From contig WQXJ01000003.1 of assembly GCA_009784895.1 (NCBI GenBank), forward strand, positions 17,602-81,601: a stretch of 64,000 nucleotides of DNA, written 5' to 3'. This document shows positions 63,687 to 64,000 of this stretch, one piece after another; the stretch's first letter is position 1, and every line of letters starts with the position of its first letter. A program made the position numbers and the translations under genes. Origin of the DNA: Micrococcales bacterium. GTDB taxonomy: Bacteria > Actinomycetota > Actinomycetes > Actinomycetales > WQXJ01. The notes under the pieces were generated by a model. The model did no database searches and was not told the DNA's origin. It worked only from the letters and a program-made list of their open reading frames with translations.

Positions 63687-63998
63687 GTGATCCATCAGCT
63701 TCCACCAGCGGCCCGGGCATCAACCAAAGTAGGCGACGAGGCCTGGTCCGCCTATGCGCGGGCACTAGGCCTCAGGCTGTACCAGCTCCGAAGCGATAGG
63801 CGCCTGACTCAAGAGAAACTCGCTCACTTGGCGGGAATCACGCGGTTCCACTACCAGCAACTCGAAAAGGGGCGATCACAGCCCGGGACTCCGGCCAACC
63901 CGACTTTGAGAAACCTGATCGCCATAAGCCAAGCGTTGGAGGTGCCCCTGACTGGACTGCTTCCGCCTGGAATTCCGGACCTAACCGACGGCCGATAG
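63687..63998 (+). CDS. XRE-family HTH transcriptional regulator
   Basis: 103 aa. LRLYQLRSDRRLTQEKLAHLAGITRFHYQQLEKG. GTG start, uncertain. Confidence 0.72.
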   Translation: MIHQLPPAARASTKVGDEAWSAYARALGLRLYQLRSDRRLTQEKLAHLAGITRFHYQQLEKGRSQPGTPANPTLRNLIAISQALEVPLTGLLPPGIPDLTDGR

Positions 63999-64000
63999 CA

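Overview
High-GC actinobacterial chromosome segment; the phylum call is an inference from synteny and composition. Lines I hand-counted ranged from about 57% to 77% GC.

Layout:
- 1-35.5 kb is conserved housekeeping synteny: glmU, tRNA-Gln, TetR/MarR/ABC-F, ispE-rsmA-rpf-like-tatD-metG, pncA, rsmI/pmt, ilvD, MoxR-DUF58-transglutaminase, an ABC-2 exporter, accD5-accE, and FmdB/5-FCL/galU/GNAT. A FitAB/VapBC-type TA pair interrupts it.
- 35.6-41.1 kb encodes a secreted CSLREA-type beta-helix protein, two proteins with TasA/SipW-type alternate signal peptides, and an Ala/Pro-rich membrane protein.
- tRNA-Ala(CGC) lies at 41368-41440. It is followed by a mosaic 13.6-kb stretch, partly low-GC, that ends at a 29-nt tRNA-Ala 3'-end-like remnant (55062-55090). 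This stretch carries a lipoprotein, a PQ-repeat S1C/PDZ protease, monomeric icd, an HTH regulator, narK, an orphan AbrB antitoxin, VapBC, unknown ORFs, AbiEi/AbiEii and a second lipoprotein.
- The last 9 kb holds CapA, an Fpg/Nei-like protein, a ferric-reductase-like protein, an SPFH/zinc-ribbon/membrane operon, mgsA, an RDD protein and an XRE regulator.

Most unusual observations:
1. A dispersed ~22-nt repeat family with an invariant 11-mer core. It has at least 16 copies, including in-frame copies inside three housekeeping genes.
2. An AbiEii nucleotidyltransferase toxin fused to a C-terminal WYL-like domain.
3. A 1268-aa DUF4011/SF1-helicase/REase-like protein in which every catalytic motif I could align is substituted.
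4. The beta-helix/TasA-like cluster, which has no SipW peptidase in the window.
5. A 42-nt duplication of the tRNA-Ala 5' flank bracketing a structured 126-nt segment.

I saw no rRNA, CRISPR array, transposase or integrase.
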